Positions 25,791-38,826 of a stretch of DNA of 64,000 nucleotides are shown piece after piece. Source of the stretch: Haliotis rufescens (lineage: Eukaryota); contig NW_025963879.1 of assembly GCF_023055435.1 (NCBI RefSeq), positions 24,924,001 to 24,988,000 on the forward strand, written 5' to 3'. How positions within the stretch are numbered: the first letter of the stretch is position 1; each line of letters starts with the position of its first letter. The position numbers and the translations under genes are program-made. Under the pieces are notes generated by a model, which made no database searches, was not told the origin of the DNA, and saw nothing but the letters and a program-made list of their open reading frames with translations.

Positions 25791-26276
25791 TGTAGTCAAC
25801 GCACAATAACGTGATCTTATTGCTCACTACCGTAAAGTTATGTTGTGTATACATTACAGTTTAAAGACAGACAGTTTAGTCGTATATGTGGCCAGAAGAC
25901 CAATAGTACATCATGTTTACATTAAGGCGTTATAAATGTTACAATGAGCGCACCTTAATATAACTGTACAAGTAACAAAGACATTTGTTCACAAACGGAC
26001 TGTTCTCTTGTGAAATATATGATACAATAATAGAGATCGCTTAGATAATAGACTATCGTCACCAGTCTGCATTAATATCACAAACCCTTCAAACGAAGGC
26101 CTGATTACAAAATACTGGGGTAAATATTTCATTCTTATGGTACTGTAGTCTGGGCAAATCATCAACACATGAAATTCATCTTCTGTAGGCCAGGAGTATC
26201 TTCTGTTTCAGGAGTTTTGGAAAATCACAGTTATACATATTGGATATGTTTTGTCATCTACCGTCTTAAATATGTA

Positions 26277-26627
26277 GACCGCCTCCGTGGTCTAGTGGTA
26301 GAGCGTCCGCCCGGAGAGCGGAAGGTTCGGGGTTCGATCCCCGGTTGCGTCATACCAAAAGACGTTAAAAGATGGTACTTGTTGTTACCCTGTCTGGCGC
26401 TCGGCATTAAGGCTAAAACAAGGACTGGTCGGCTCGGAGTCAGTATACTGTGTCTGAGTGGGGTATTCATGTTAAACTGCGGCATGGTATCTCAGTGAGC
26501 TAGCACTATAAATCGGCATCAGTCCGGACAATTACAAGCAACCACATACACACATACGTACATGCCCGTCGCTATATAAGTGCAATAATCTTGGACGCGA
26601 CGTTAAACCCAATTTCCCATCACCACC
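26277..26627 (+). mobile_element. tRNA-derived SINE family B (Meta-domain-like), full-length
   Basis: A box tggtctagtgg, B box ggttcgatccc, core gtcataccaaaagacgttaaaagatggtac; 13-bp TSD tcttaaatatgta at 26264-26276 and 26628-26640. Confidence 0.9.
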
Positions 26628-27009
26628 TCTTAAATATGTATGTGTCTATCTATATGTTTGTGTGTGTGCGTGTGTGAGTGTGTGCGTGCGAGCATGCGTG
26701 CATGCGTACGTGCGTGCGTGTGTGTGTGTGTGTGTGTTTAAATTTAACGTTGCATCGGCATTTTTTCAGCCATATATCGACGAGAACAAGTTGATGTAAA
26801 CACAATTGTGTCACGAAGTTATTTTTAAAAACACATTTTTCAAACTTATTTGTGCATAACAATAGTCTACCAATAGTAAATATAACTATTTCCCGTTATC
26901 AATATTGCTCCATATAATTATATCGTACATCACGGATTCCTTTGCAATGTGCTTATTGTTCCATATTTTAAAACACCGTTTTGAGGTTGCACAGAGGTGG
27001 TGCAAGAGG

Positions 27010-27430
27010 ACACTCATGCAGTTTTAACCAACACTAGTGCATTACCAACCAACACTCATGCATTAGCAAGCAACACTCATGCTTTAGCAACCGATACTAA
27101 TGCATTACCAACCAACACGCATGCATTAGCAACCCACACTAATGCATTACCAAGCAATACTACTGTATTAGCAACCAACACTCATGCATAAGCAACCCAC
27201 ACTAATGCATTAGCAACCCACACTAATGCATTACCAACCAACAGTAATCCATTAGCAACCCATACTAATGCATTAGCAACCCACACTAATGCATTACAAA
27301 CCCACACTAATGCATTACCAAGCCACACTAATGCATTAGCAACCAACACTAATGCATTACCAACCAACACTAATGCACGAGCAACCAACACTAATGCATT
27401 AGCAACTAACACTAATGCTTTAGCAACCCT
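27010..27430. repeat. 21-bp satellite
   Basis: Same unit as 10780-13326, more homogeneous. Confidence 0.9.
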
Positions 27431-28531
27431 AACCTAACCCTAACCTAACCCTGACAAAGTGATAGTCAGGTTTTGTTAAGTACTTGGACAATGATGACTT
27501 TTCATGAATGTAGTAGTATTTAATGTAATCGGTGGTAAGGAAGTTATTATATTTATATGCTCGAAATATCTGTAAACTTCTGTAATATCATGGATGGATG
27601 TCAAGAGTTAAAGTAACAGGTGGAATATTCTGTGATGTTCAAGGGACACTGGACTTTTCTGACACTGTGTAGGAAATGCTTAAAGCTGGTAACATTATCT
27701 AAGTGCGGCTGGCGTGTCACTGTTTCATCCCATATTTCATCTGTCATTACATCAAGACCAGTTGTTTTGTGTAATTCCTAGCCTAGGCCTATCTCGGATG
27801 CTTGATGACTGTTGTTGATAGGTGAATATCACTGAACATTTTGATATCACCACTGCCATCATAATTTTGCATTTGATACTGCCACTGACCATTGTACTAC
27901 CACTCTATTGGGAGCTGCCAGTGTAATTGCTGTGCAGAAATGAGTATTGATTTGTAAAACTAGTAAATTGTGTAATACAATTGTTGATTGCATACCATTT
28001 GTTGGTTTCACACGAAATTCTGTTTTGAACAGATTTTTTTACTAACATATTGTTTCAATTGCATATCGACACCTGACAAGATGTCAGAATCATACATTGG
28101 TTAGGAATGTTGATATGAGAGAAGGAGACTGCCAACACTTGGAAGGCTATCAGTCAACTGTTTGAAGGTGCAAGCAGATAGTAATTTTAATGAAATAAAC
28201 TTGCTGTTCCGCGAAATAATTTTGTGTTTCCAGCACAACACATATAAAACTGTGTCAAACAACAGTTCTTGCAACAATAAAAATATCACTTCCTGGTTTT
28301 ATATAACAGAAAACTGCTTATCTCTTCGTAACAAACACACTCCGTGTACATGACATTTGTCTCCGATGGAGAAACATAACTGTTAATGTTGTCCTATCCA
28401 TCATGTAGTGCACGATGCTCAATTTAAAATGCCAGATAAAAATAAATAACAAATCAAATATTTGACTTTTAAATATAATTTTATGAACTGCTGCTGCCCT
28501 TATACAAGACTGATTTCCCTTTGAGTTAATA

Positions 28532-28790
28532 GTGAGTGAGTGAGTGATATTCTAGTTATATCAGGGCGTGTCAGTTTAACGTGGGGCAAAAGCCAGAACT
28601 GTAACAGGTCTCAGACGTTTACCACTTTGGTGATACCAACGAGCACGGGTATGGTGCTGACAAACATGTAAACATGATCAGGGAGAACCGGGATTCGAAC
28701 CCACAATCGTAGGTTTCCTGCATGCTCAAGGGACGCAACTCTGCACAGCGTATCGCGGCGCCTTAGACATCTGAGCCACCCGTGCCCCCT
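28532..28790 (-). mobile_element. tRNA(Leu/Ser-like)-derived SINE family C
   Basis: Reverse-complement homolog of 29834-30118; ACTC tail; TSD-like ctttg[a/g]gttaa on both flanks; absent from the other units. Confidence 0.85.
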
Positions 28791-29559
28791 CTTTGGGTTA
28801 ACAGGTCGCTCCGATTCACTGCGCTGCTACATTGTGCCATAGTTTCTCCATATAACTCCACGTAAACACAATCCAACCTGTGGTCGAATCCCATTTCCTT
28901 GTTACACACATTCATTCGTCAACACTCGCCCCTTTCCGTAAACTGCGAGAAGCTTGTCCCGGAATGACAAGAGCTGGCCACGAATGAATCACTTCCTGCT
29001 TCTCAATTTCCCTCAACACGAGGTAAGTGTGTGTTGTCACAAGGCTTGCATCTACTTCAGTTATAACGCTACACACCTGTCCTACTGTGTACTGGTAACA
29101 CCACAAGGGTTTATCTAACTATACAGTCATCTCCAGGCAGATTCTCATTACCGGGCACCTTATTTAATGTAACATGTAGGCTAACCGGAATACTTTAAAG
29201 ATCCACTTTCACTATTGCCTTCGATCGACGAATTGACTTCAATACTGAGACTGATCCCGATGTATGTGTACGTGTATATCACGTGTGTCTGTTACAGTTA
29301 TTACTGACATGACCCCTGACAAATCCTGCAGTAAACTATACGGGAAAATACTTCTACGTAACTGTATCATTTTACACCTGATATGGTAGTAAGTGAACTG
29401 TAATAATGTCTCCTACTTTCGATATGGTAATGAGTGGGTGTCACCCAACAACTATGTCACGCGATCGATACACTGCACACATCTCCTCACTGACAGGCCA
29501 CAGATCCAGGGTATATACAGACGGGAGTTGAGAAATACTCACACACACACACACACACA

Positions 29560-29603
<44 letters not shown>

Positions 29604-29833
29604 CATTCTGACACCCACGCACACAAAATACAGTGTATTGCAGAATGTTAGTTCATAATTCATAACATCTGCACACATCTGAGATAATGTTGTTTTTACG
29701 AAACGGGATATTTGTTAATTGTTTCAAGATCTGGATGATCCAGGCGGTGAATGGGAGGATAGAAAATACCCTTACTCAGTTTTGAACGGGACAGTAAATA
29801 AGTGCCACAACTACAGCCAGTGTTTGTGTTCCA

Positions 29834-30118
29834 GGGGGGCACGGGTGGCCCAGTCGTCTAAGGCGCCGCGATTCGCTGTGCAGAGTTGCGTCCCTTGGGC
29901 ACGCCAGAAACCTATGATCGTGGGTTCGAATCCCGGTTCGCCCCGATTATGTTTCTAGGTTAGTCAGCACCATACCCGTGCTCGTGGGTTTCACCGAAGT
30001 GGTAAACGTCTGAGACCTGCATCACTTCGGGCTTTCCTCCCACATTAAGCTGACACGCCGCGATATAACTGGAATATTATTAAAAGCAGCGTTAAACCCA
30101 ACTAACTCACTCACTCAT
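29834..30118 (+). mobile_element. tRNA(Leu/Ser-like)-derived SINE family C
   Basis: A box tggcccagtcg-tctaaggcg, B box ggttcgaatcc, ACTC tail; TSD gtgttcca. Confidence 0.85.
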
Positions 30119-30208
30119 TTAGTGTTCCATGTTTAAGGACAGAGGCTAAAATTTGTATTTAGTGTACAGCGGAAATACCAGGGCTGGTTTTGGCTTTGTG
30201 TAGGTAAG

Positions 30209-33200
30209 ATGGCGACCTCCCAGAAGTTAACAGAACACTTCCTGACATGCACGATATGTACAGAGGTGTTTGACAAGCCCTGTACACTTGTATGTAATCA
30301 CACCTTCTGTCGGAAATGTGTCGTCAGCTACACCAAAACCAGACCAGAAGCCATCAGTGCCAAGTCTCTCCTGTGTCCATTCTGCAGAAAGATGACGAAA
30401 GTGTCTGCCCCTGAGAGACCAGCGGAGGAGTGGGCGGATGATGTCAAGCCTATCTTTGTCATCCAGGGACTCTTGGACTCGTTTGGTCCCGGATCTAAAG
30501 GTGAGTGTTTGTGATCTGTACGAATATTAGTGTGGTTCCTAGGACAGAGTGAGTAAGTATGGTATACAGCCCTTTCAGCAATATACCCGCAATATTACGG
30601 GGAGGGACAACAGAAATGGGCTTCAAAGTGTGCTCATGTTCGGAATTGTCGTGACGAGCGAACGCCTTAACCACTACCCCTACATTTGATTTGAATATAG
30701 AAATACGTTATGTTTAAGGTTTCTGTGCTATATGGAAAGTCGTCTATAGGTTGTTTGTAGGGTTTGTGTATATCATGAAATCATATCATGTACAGGTACA
30801 GTTTTAACAAGTGGCAATGATCCTCCAAGCACGTTGAGCATGCTGAGTATAGGAACGTATGTGAAGTTAAGAAGAAAGTTTTCTGTTTCTTTTCTAACCC
30901 CGTTGATGATGTTGTTTTGAAGGTTTGCATACAAAATGAAATCCTATTGTAAACATGTGCTTAATGAGTAACATCGATATAATCTAAGGTGTATCGGGTA
31001 GCCTAGTGGTTATTCCCGAGATCAATTCCCGACATGGGTTCAATGTGTTAAGCCCTAGACTGGTTTACCTAATCAAGAGCGCTTGAGCTCTTCGCCTACA
31101 GCCCCTAGGAGTCGAAGGGCAAGGTACCTGTCTGGCTCAATTCGAACTATTTCCACAATACAGCATTTCGCTACCGTGAAACGTTGACCTATTTCCGTGA
31201 AGCGGTTCTGGCTGTCGAGAGGATCGGGGACAGGCCTACAGCGGGAAACGTTGACACTGTTTCAGTGTAGCGAGGTATTAGCACTTTTGTACAGAGTGAA
31301 TAATTTACATAACAAGCTACAGGAGTAAACATATCAGCATTAGGGAGGTAACTATTACAGAGAAGCTTAGTTCATTATTAAAAAAACCCAACACACTCAC
31401 AACAATTTTCACAATATCTGCATGTCTCCACTGATCGCCTTCATTATGAAATAAAAAAATGTAGCTGTTACTTTGAAATAATTCTCTCTGGTGTAGATAT
31501 CTCAATGTCAACAGTGCCTTGTATACTGCTATGCCTGTGTCAACTGAACGTCCCCAATGCTAGTTTTTTAACATACTATGTTTGTTTTCTACTTTTATTT
31601 AACATACATATTTAGACTGAAATGTGATCGCATTCATATTCCTGATTCTGGAGGACCACATGCAAATTACAATTTGTTTTACTTCTGGATTACACATGTG
31701 CGCTTTATGACAGTAAAGGTACTGCATCAATAGGTAGTTATGCTGCAACATTTCAATGCCCCGTGTTGATACTCTGGACCAAAGTTATATTGTTATTTCA
31801 GATACGACCGACTGCAGTTATTGCAGGGAGGAAGGGGAGACAACTCCAGCTACATCTTGGTGCTCTGTCTGTGATGACGCACTCTGTGAACGATGTTTAC
31901 GGATGCACAAACGAATCCCATCTACCAATCACCATGGCGTAGTTGACCTGTCAGGAGAGACAAAGATGAAGGTCAAAAGAAAGGTCATGTGTAAAGTTCA
32001 CAAGGATGAAAATATCAAATATATTTGTAAAGATTGTAAAACAGCTGTTTGTCAAACATGCTGCACTATCCATCACAGGAAATGTGACTTGGTTGTTGAA
32101 ATTGAGTCTGAGATTCCTTCCATGAAAACTGAGCTGAGAAGGAATAAAGAGGTATTGTTGAAGAAACAAGACGAGATGAAAACACATATTGGTAAACAAA
32201 CCTCCAAAGTCAATGAAGCATTAACGCTTTACTTACAAATAGAATCGAATATCAAATCTGCAAGTGTCAAAGCAATTGAGGTGATCAAAGTCAAGGAACG
32301 GACACTTTTGGCTGAACTGAAAGAAATGTCTGACCAACACATTGGAGAACTGAAGGCAGACATAAAGTCAGGTGAGATGTCAGTACAGATGTACCAACAA
32401 CAGGCAGAGCTGATAGACCAGACTCTACAATCTGAGTGTGACATGGGTGTGTATGAGATGTACCAGGGATGTGAGGCTGGTGATGTGGAGGCTGTCGGAG
32501 TCGCAGGCGTGAAGGAGAAGGGAAGAATAGCCTGGATCATGTTCAGACAGGACACGGACAAGCTTAGAAGAGCACTGGATGATCTACAGCTGGGTGAGAT
32601 AGACGTCCTGTATGAGGGTGTGCTGGACCTGAAGGCTACTCCTGTGTTACAGGACACCATTAACGTGCTGGACCTGAAGGCGACCTCTGTGTTACAGGAC
32701 ACCATTAACGTCAGACTAGCAGGTGATACATCTAGAGCAAACCTCATTGACGTGAAGGTGTTTGTGGTGAATGGTACAGACACAGTGGTAGTCACAGACA
32801 AGAACAACCACAGTGTGAAGTCCTTCTACACCAGGAACAAGCAGCACGGTCACAGCAGGCTCCGTGTAGGTAGTGTCCCGTATGGTATAACAACGTTGAA
32901 GGACAACCAGGTGGCTGTCACTGTGCCGGATACCAGACAGATTGTAACAGTACAAGTCAACCCTGGCCTAGTGCTGCTGTCAACCATCACAACCAGCAAA
33001 CAGTACTACGGTATAACGTCTCTGACACCATCAACACTAGCAGCAAGTTCCACCTCCCCTCCCTGTGTTGATATCCTGGATATGACGGGACACGTGCTGA
33101 AGTCAATTTGTTCAGGACAACCTATGAGATACATCTTGAAGAATTCCTACTTCCTCTGTACCACGAGGACAGGAAACATCCTGGTGTGTGACAGTGGATC

Positions 33201-33492
33201 CAAGTGTGTCGTGTGTCTGACTCCCGAGGGAGATGTGGTGTTCACCTACAGCACTACAGGAGACACAGCACTGAAGTTTCCACTTGGTATCACAAGTACC
33301 AGCACAGGCGACATTCTGGTGACAGACTGCCATCTACACAGAGTCCTCCATCTGACTGAGTCAGGACAGTTTGTAAGAAACATACTGACATCACAGGACG
33401 GTGTCCGGAGTCCACGTGGAGTTTGTGTTGGTGGGCGTGGCCGCATGTACGTGTGTACACCAGATGAAGTGAAGGTATTTACATTGAAGTGA
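30209..33492 (+). CDS. TRIM-NHL-like E3 ligase copy 3, 660 aa
   Basis: Exons 30209-30500 and 31802-33492; 1301-bp intron of a different lineage (contains a degenerate family A SINE at ~30547-30680). Confidence 0.93.
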
Positions 33493-35787
33493 ATGAACAT
33501 GTCGCAATCCTTCTTTCAATCAACTGTAGTCACATGTGAGTTGAGGATTTAGGTTTTGATATGTGTCATTGTGTATTCACCTTTAAGCACATTTCACTGT
33601 GTTTTAGTAAAATCACATTATATTTTAGTCTTTAATCACTCATCTGAGCTTTGCTACTTGAATGTGATGAATGAAGATATAATCATACATGGTCTGTAAG
33701 TGTACACATTATATTTGTAATCTCAATAGCAAGACACGGTTACTCACGTACTGCCTTTAGACTTCAGATCTAATCTGAACATGTTTTCCATTTTATGTTT
33801 TAAAAAGTTCGAATGTAAGTGGCTTTGATGAAGGATCCTTACATCGAATACCAGTTCCTCCGCATGATGTATTTTGCATGTTTGCACCACAATGCAAGTG
33901 TAACATTGAGCTATTCCTTCTGTTCAGGACTGTTTTGTTGCAGATTTATATATCAAGCGCCGTTTTACTATTTATTCCTGATTTTATATCAATAATTCAT
34001 TTAATGATTCCCCAAAATGAATTGTTGTGAATTATCATAATGCCAGTGTATTATGGATCTATTCGTGATATCTGAAACATCTGTGTAATATTAACATGAC
34101 AGCCAGACTTATAGGCATTCTTACGACCACCATGATCCGGGCGACAGTTGCTGAGTTCGACAGGCTGATCGTGGCTGCACACCGCCAAACCAGTCAACGT
34201 CAAAAACCCGTATTAAGCAGCCATTGTGACCAACCGATCACCAATTTACTCACCTTGTATGACATGTGTAGAAATCAAGGGACGAATTTAAGTACAATTT
34301 CAGCCTCAGTGTTCAACAGAATCCCCTGAAACTACCTTTGTGCATATATACATTAAATGTACTGATTGTTTTTGTAACTACATCTAATGTTTCGCGTAAT
34401 GAAGCACAGAACCGACAGCTCTCTCGTTTCTGTGGTGAGGACTTGTCACATTCATTTGGCTTCTGAGCGGTCGAAGGGAGATAAATCGTGATTGGATGTT
34501 TTGTGAAGCGCAATAAAATACAGTGAACGAAAGTACACGTGAAGCCAGGAACATTTTATGTGTTTTGCAAATAAATGAACTGTAATTCTGTTTGTTGGTC
34601 AACAATGCGATATTCTAGCTACATGTATGACGGTAAATAATCGTGTATGAACACGAGAAAGCAGTGATTGACATCACGAGCAACATCCCAAGTCGTTGGG
34701 TCACGATGACACTGTATCAACCAGGTGAAGGAGTCTGACCATTTGGTCGCCTCGTACGACCAGCACAGGTTGCTGAGGATCTATTCTAGCCCGGAATCCC
34801 CACGTGGAGACCTTCATTGGTTGCTTGTTGTTCACCGCCAGTGCGATAAAGACGCACAAAGGCCTTTCCATATTCATAGGAAATCTCTGCTTGAAGCAGA
34901 GTCGACTGTATGATTCCGACTATATCATGAGCGTATCCTGCCCAACCGGCGGCCCCCACTACCAGCAAGTCAGTTGTTCACCTGAAAAGACACTGAAACA
35001 TGTGGTTCAAGTCAAAACAGGGAATAACATCTGACATCAGGTTCAGTGAACTATTCTAGAGCCAAGGGGGCTGTTTTCCACCTGTGTACCGTTGTTTTGT
35101 ACCCAGGTACATGCAACTACATGTTCACGTAGGTCTCTTATTTGTATGTGTACCTTTCCTGTACCCCGCAGACATAAAATTGTACCTAGTTTTTAGTGCA
35201 AATAAAGTATATTTGTCAAAGCCTGTGTAACAGTAGCACCAGATTCACTTATTCCCCTTGTCGTTATCCCTTACTCACTCACTCACTCACTCACTCACTC
35301 ACTCACTCACAAACAGACTAACACAACGCATATTAATATGTCTGAATATGGACTGCTCAACAGGATTTAATGGAATAAAAGTTTCCAAAAATAAAATATG
35401 ATGAAAACAACTCACTGCACACAAGTTAATCTACCATGTGCCATTCAAATAACAACAAGGGTGCTTCATAAAAATGACGGACTTTTTTAATATTCACGAA
35501 TTTGTACACCGAATCTATTCACGTTGTGCAAATTTCTGATGGACATGTCTGTCTGCGCATATTTTGAGCCCATACAGACAGACATCTCTCAACCCACCTA
35601 GGTGTTTTGAAGAAAACTTTTGCTGATAAAATAATGATCCGTTTTAGAGATGCGGGGTTAAATATAGTTCATCATTTATCAAAATGTGCATCGTTCTAAT
35701 ATTAGTCATAATGTTTCACACAACGTGAGGCAAGGACATGAAGGATGGTCAGACAATTTGGAGGCGACGCTAGATAATCATCAGTAT

Positions 35788-35986
35788 TGTTTGTTTGTTG
35801 TTAAGCGCTGAACTCGGCAATGTTCCAGCTATATGACGGCAATTGGGATAGATGACATGCATCAACCAAATCAGCGAGCCTGACCACACGATCCCGTTAG
35901 TCGCCTCCTACGATAAGCATTGTCGCCATTTACAGCTAGCATGGGTAGCTGAAGACCTATAGTATTCTAATCCGATCTTCACGGGT
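35788..35986 (-). mobile_element. Family D element
   Basis: Reverse complement of the family D head and (AAAC)n tail; duplicated at 46033-46229. Confidence 0.75.
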
Positions 35987-36773
35987 GTTATCAGTACTAA
36001 GTGGCATACGCAAATAATCACTAGATATCGCATATATTGATACTAACACATTGAATATTCTAATACACAAAGCAAGAAACAGGAAACCTGGGTACAAAAG
36101 GAAAACTCCTGGTAGATTTGACGTATCAAAGTAATCAGTAGGCCATGTGTTTGTCCTGTACACACGTTGTAGGACATTGCTATGTCCACCCAACACTAAC
36201 AGGCATACGTCACCTATGCCGCGGTCAACGTGACTTCAAGAATATTTAATTGTGTACCAACTGGGAAGAAGAGAGCGGATTTATAAAAATGTCTTGGGTA
36301 GGAAATTTGAGTCTGAAGACACACGTTAATACTACGTCACATATTGTAGGTACAGTACTGGTATGCCCGTTGACGTCAGATCAGCGTTTATGAAATATGC
36401 ACATGGCCTATAAAATGTCATCAAATATACTCAGGATTCCTAAGGTGGACTTGCTGGAGTGGGCTATGTTAATACCCGGGATACATCAGACCTGGGATAA
36501 GAGCAGATAAGGTATGATACATCAATCAAAGTCTATCATACCTTCTCTTGTCAATATTTGTTAGATCTTTTTCTGAAACATCTGAGGCTTCACAGATAGT
36601 GCAGCTGTTTTCTTATCCTTTAACGCTGTGATTCATGGACACAATCATTACTTTGAGGTGATAAAACTTCGACAAAATGTGTACCCTTGAAAAGATAAAA
36701 AGGTAAATTATCAACTTAAGCCATTTGTAAGTTTGGCGCGTATACTAGTTGTTTGTTATTTTTATGCCACAGT

Positions 36774-38285
36774 CAGAGCAGAGCAGTACCACCTATTGTC
36801 CGGGGACTGGTCAAATGACGCACCTGAGTCTTCCCCAGAAGAAGTACTGTTACAGGATATGAGGGGGAGGAGCAGAGCAGTACCACCTATTGTCCGGGGA
36901 CTGGTCAAATGACGCACCTGAGTCTTCCCCAGAGGTCATCATTGTACTGTTACAGGATATGAGGGGGAGGAGCAGAGCAGTACCACCTATTGTCCGGGGA
37001 CTGGTAATTGGCCTGTGGAGAAATCTAACTCCCAAACATTTCTGAACATTATTGGTCCACTTGATGCACATGTCTGACACAACGTCCCTTGTTTTCACGT
37101 GGGTCTCTTGAACCATTACATCAAGTATCTCAACTTTGGTTACATAAATTAGCTTACCTTTGGTTACATCAAGTAGCACACCAACACTCATGTATTAGCA
37201 GACCACACTAAAGCATCAGGCACCCACACTAATACATTAGCAACCAACAATCATGCGTTATGAGCCAACACTAAAGCATCAGGCACCCACACTATTTCAT
37301 TAGCAACCAACACTTATGCGTTAGAAATCAACACTAAAGCATCAGGCACATACACTAATACATTAGCAGACAACACTCATGCGTTAGAAATCCACACTAA
37401 AGCATCAGGCACATACACTAATACATTAGCAGACAACACTCATGCGTTAGAAATCAGCACTAAAGCATCAGACACATACACTTATACATTAGCAGACAAC
37501 ACTCATGCGTTAGGAACCCACACTAAAGCATCAGGCACACACACTAATACATTAGCAACCAACATTCATGCGTTAGAAACCCACACTAAAGCATCAGGCA
37601 CACACACTAATACATTAGCATCCAACACTCATGTATTAGAAATCCACACTAAAGCATCAGGCACATACACTAATACATTAGCAGACAACACTCATGCGTT
37701 TGGAACCCACACTAAAGCATCATACACCCACACTAATACATTAGCAACCAACACTCGTGTATTAGCAACCCACACTAAAGCATCAGGCAACCACACTAAT
37801 ACTTAAACAACCAACACTCATGCGTTAGAAATCCACACTAAAGCATCAGGCACACACACTAATACCTTAGCAACCAACACTCATGTATTAGCAGCCCACA
37901 CTAAAGCATCAGGCACACACACTAATACTTAAACAACCAACACTCATGCGTTAGAAATCCACACTAAAGCATCAGGCACATACACTTATACATTAGCAAC
38001 AAACACTCATGCGTTAGGAACCCACACTAAAGCATCAGGCACACACACTAATACCTTAGCAACCAACACTCATGTATTAGAAATCCACACTAAAGCATCA
38101 GGCACATACAGTAATACCTTAGCAGACAACACTCATGCGTTAGGAACCCACACTAATACATTCTCAACCCACACTAATACATTAACAACCAGCGCTAATG
38201 CATTAGCAACCCACACTAATACATTAACAAACTACAATTATGCATTAGCAACCTACACTAATGTATTAGCGACCCACACCAACCC
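36774..38285. repeat. Satellite cassette: 100-bp (~2 units), 24-bp (~2 units), then 21-bp array
   Basis: Same three satellites in the same order as 8741-13326. Confidence 0.9.
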
Positions 38286-38353
38286 ACATCGTAAGCAGCA
38301 GTACGTGGACATCAGTGTTTGGAACACTCAATACCTGATTGTTGCTGCTGACC

Positions 38354-38387
38354 TGACGTGACGGGGAATCCCCTTGTAGTGACGTCA
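38354..38387. promoter_or_regulatory. NF-kB (GGGGAATCCCC) plus CRE (TGACGTCA) composite element upstream of copy 4
   Basis: kB at 38363-38373 and CRE at 38380-38387; conserved at 49271-49295. Confidence 0.55.
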
Positions 38388-38805
38388 CATTCAAGAAGAA
38401 CACGTGTTCTCGTGTCATCACAGATTTTCAGTGGTCCATTCATATGTAAATTTACTGCTATTTGTTCCCTTTTAGCCAAATGGAATCTGATTATTTAGAC
38501 TGCTTGTTCTCTTCTCTTCCATCGACAATTTACAAATATTGAAACATCAATTGTTTTAGTTACTTTAATTAGCAAAACATTTTGTAGTATTTATTTTATT
38601 GTTAAACACTGATTGTAACTGTATTACATTGTTTCTGTTGACATTGCATGGAAAGAAAATCAAGTTTACACGATATACGTCTTTTCCTTTGGACAAGAGG
38701 TCGCTTGCATGACGTTCATAACGACACAACTTGATGTTCTTACGTTTTTCAGGAGACGGTATTCTTGAAATGACATAAACACAAACGGACTACTTACACT
38801 TTCTT

Positions 38806-38826
38806 GGGGAACCCCTGGGAATTCCC
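38806..38826. promoter_or_regulatory. Tandem NF-kB-type sites GGGGAACCCC-T-GGGAATTCCC
   Basis: Two adjacent kB-consensus decamers; homologs at 13563-13583, 49710-49730 and 58411-58431. Confidence 0.5.

Noticed and set aside
26277-26350. tRNA-like sequences (also at 29834, 19070-19143, 24890-24960)
   Set aside because: These are SINE heads: followed by SINE body and tail, flanked by TSDs, and lacking a complete acceptor stem.
27425-27452. Telomere-like aaccct/aacct repeats
   Set aside because: Only ~5 mixed 5/6-bp units; too short to call an interstitial telomere or healing site.
31756-31801. In-frame ATG extension (MPRVDTLDQSYIVIS) ahead of copy 3 exon 2
   Set aside because: It lies in the intron before the conserved tttcag acceptor and is not present in the other copies.
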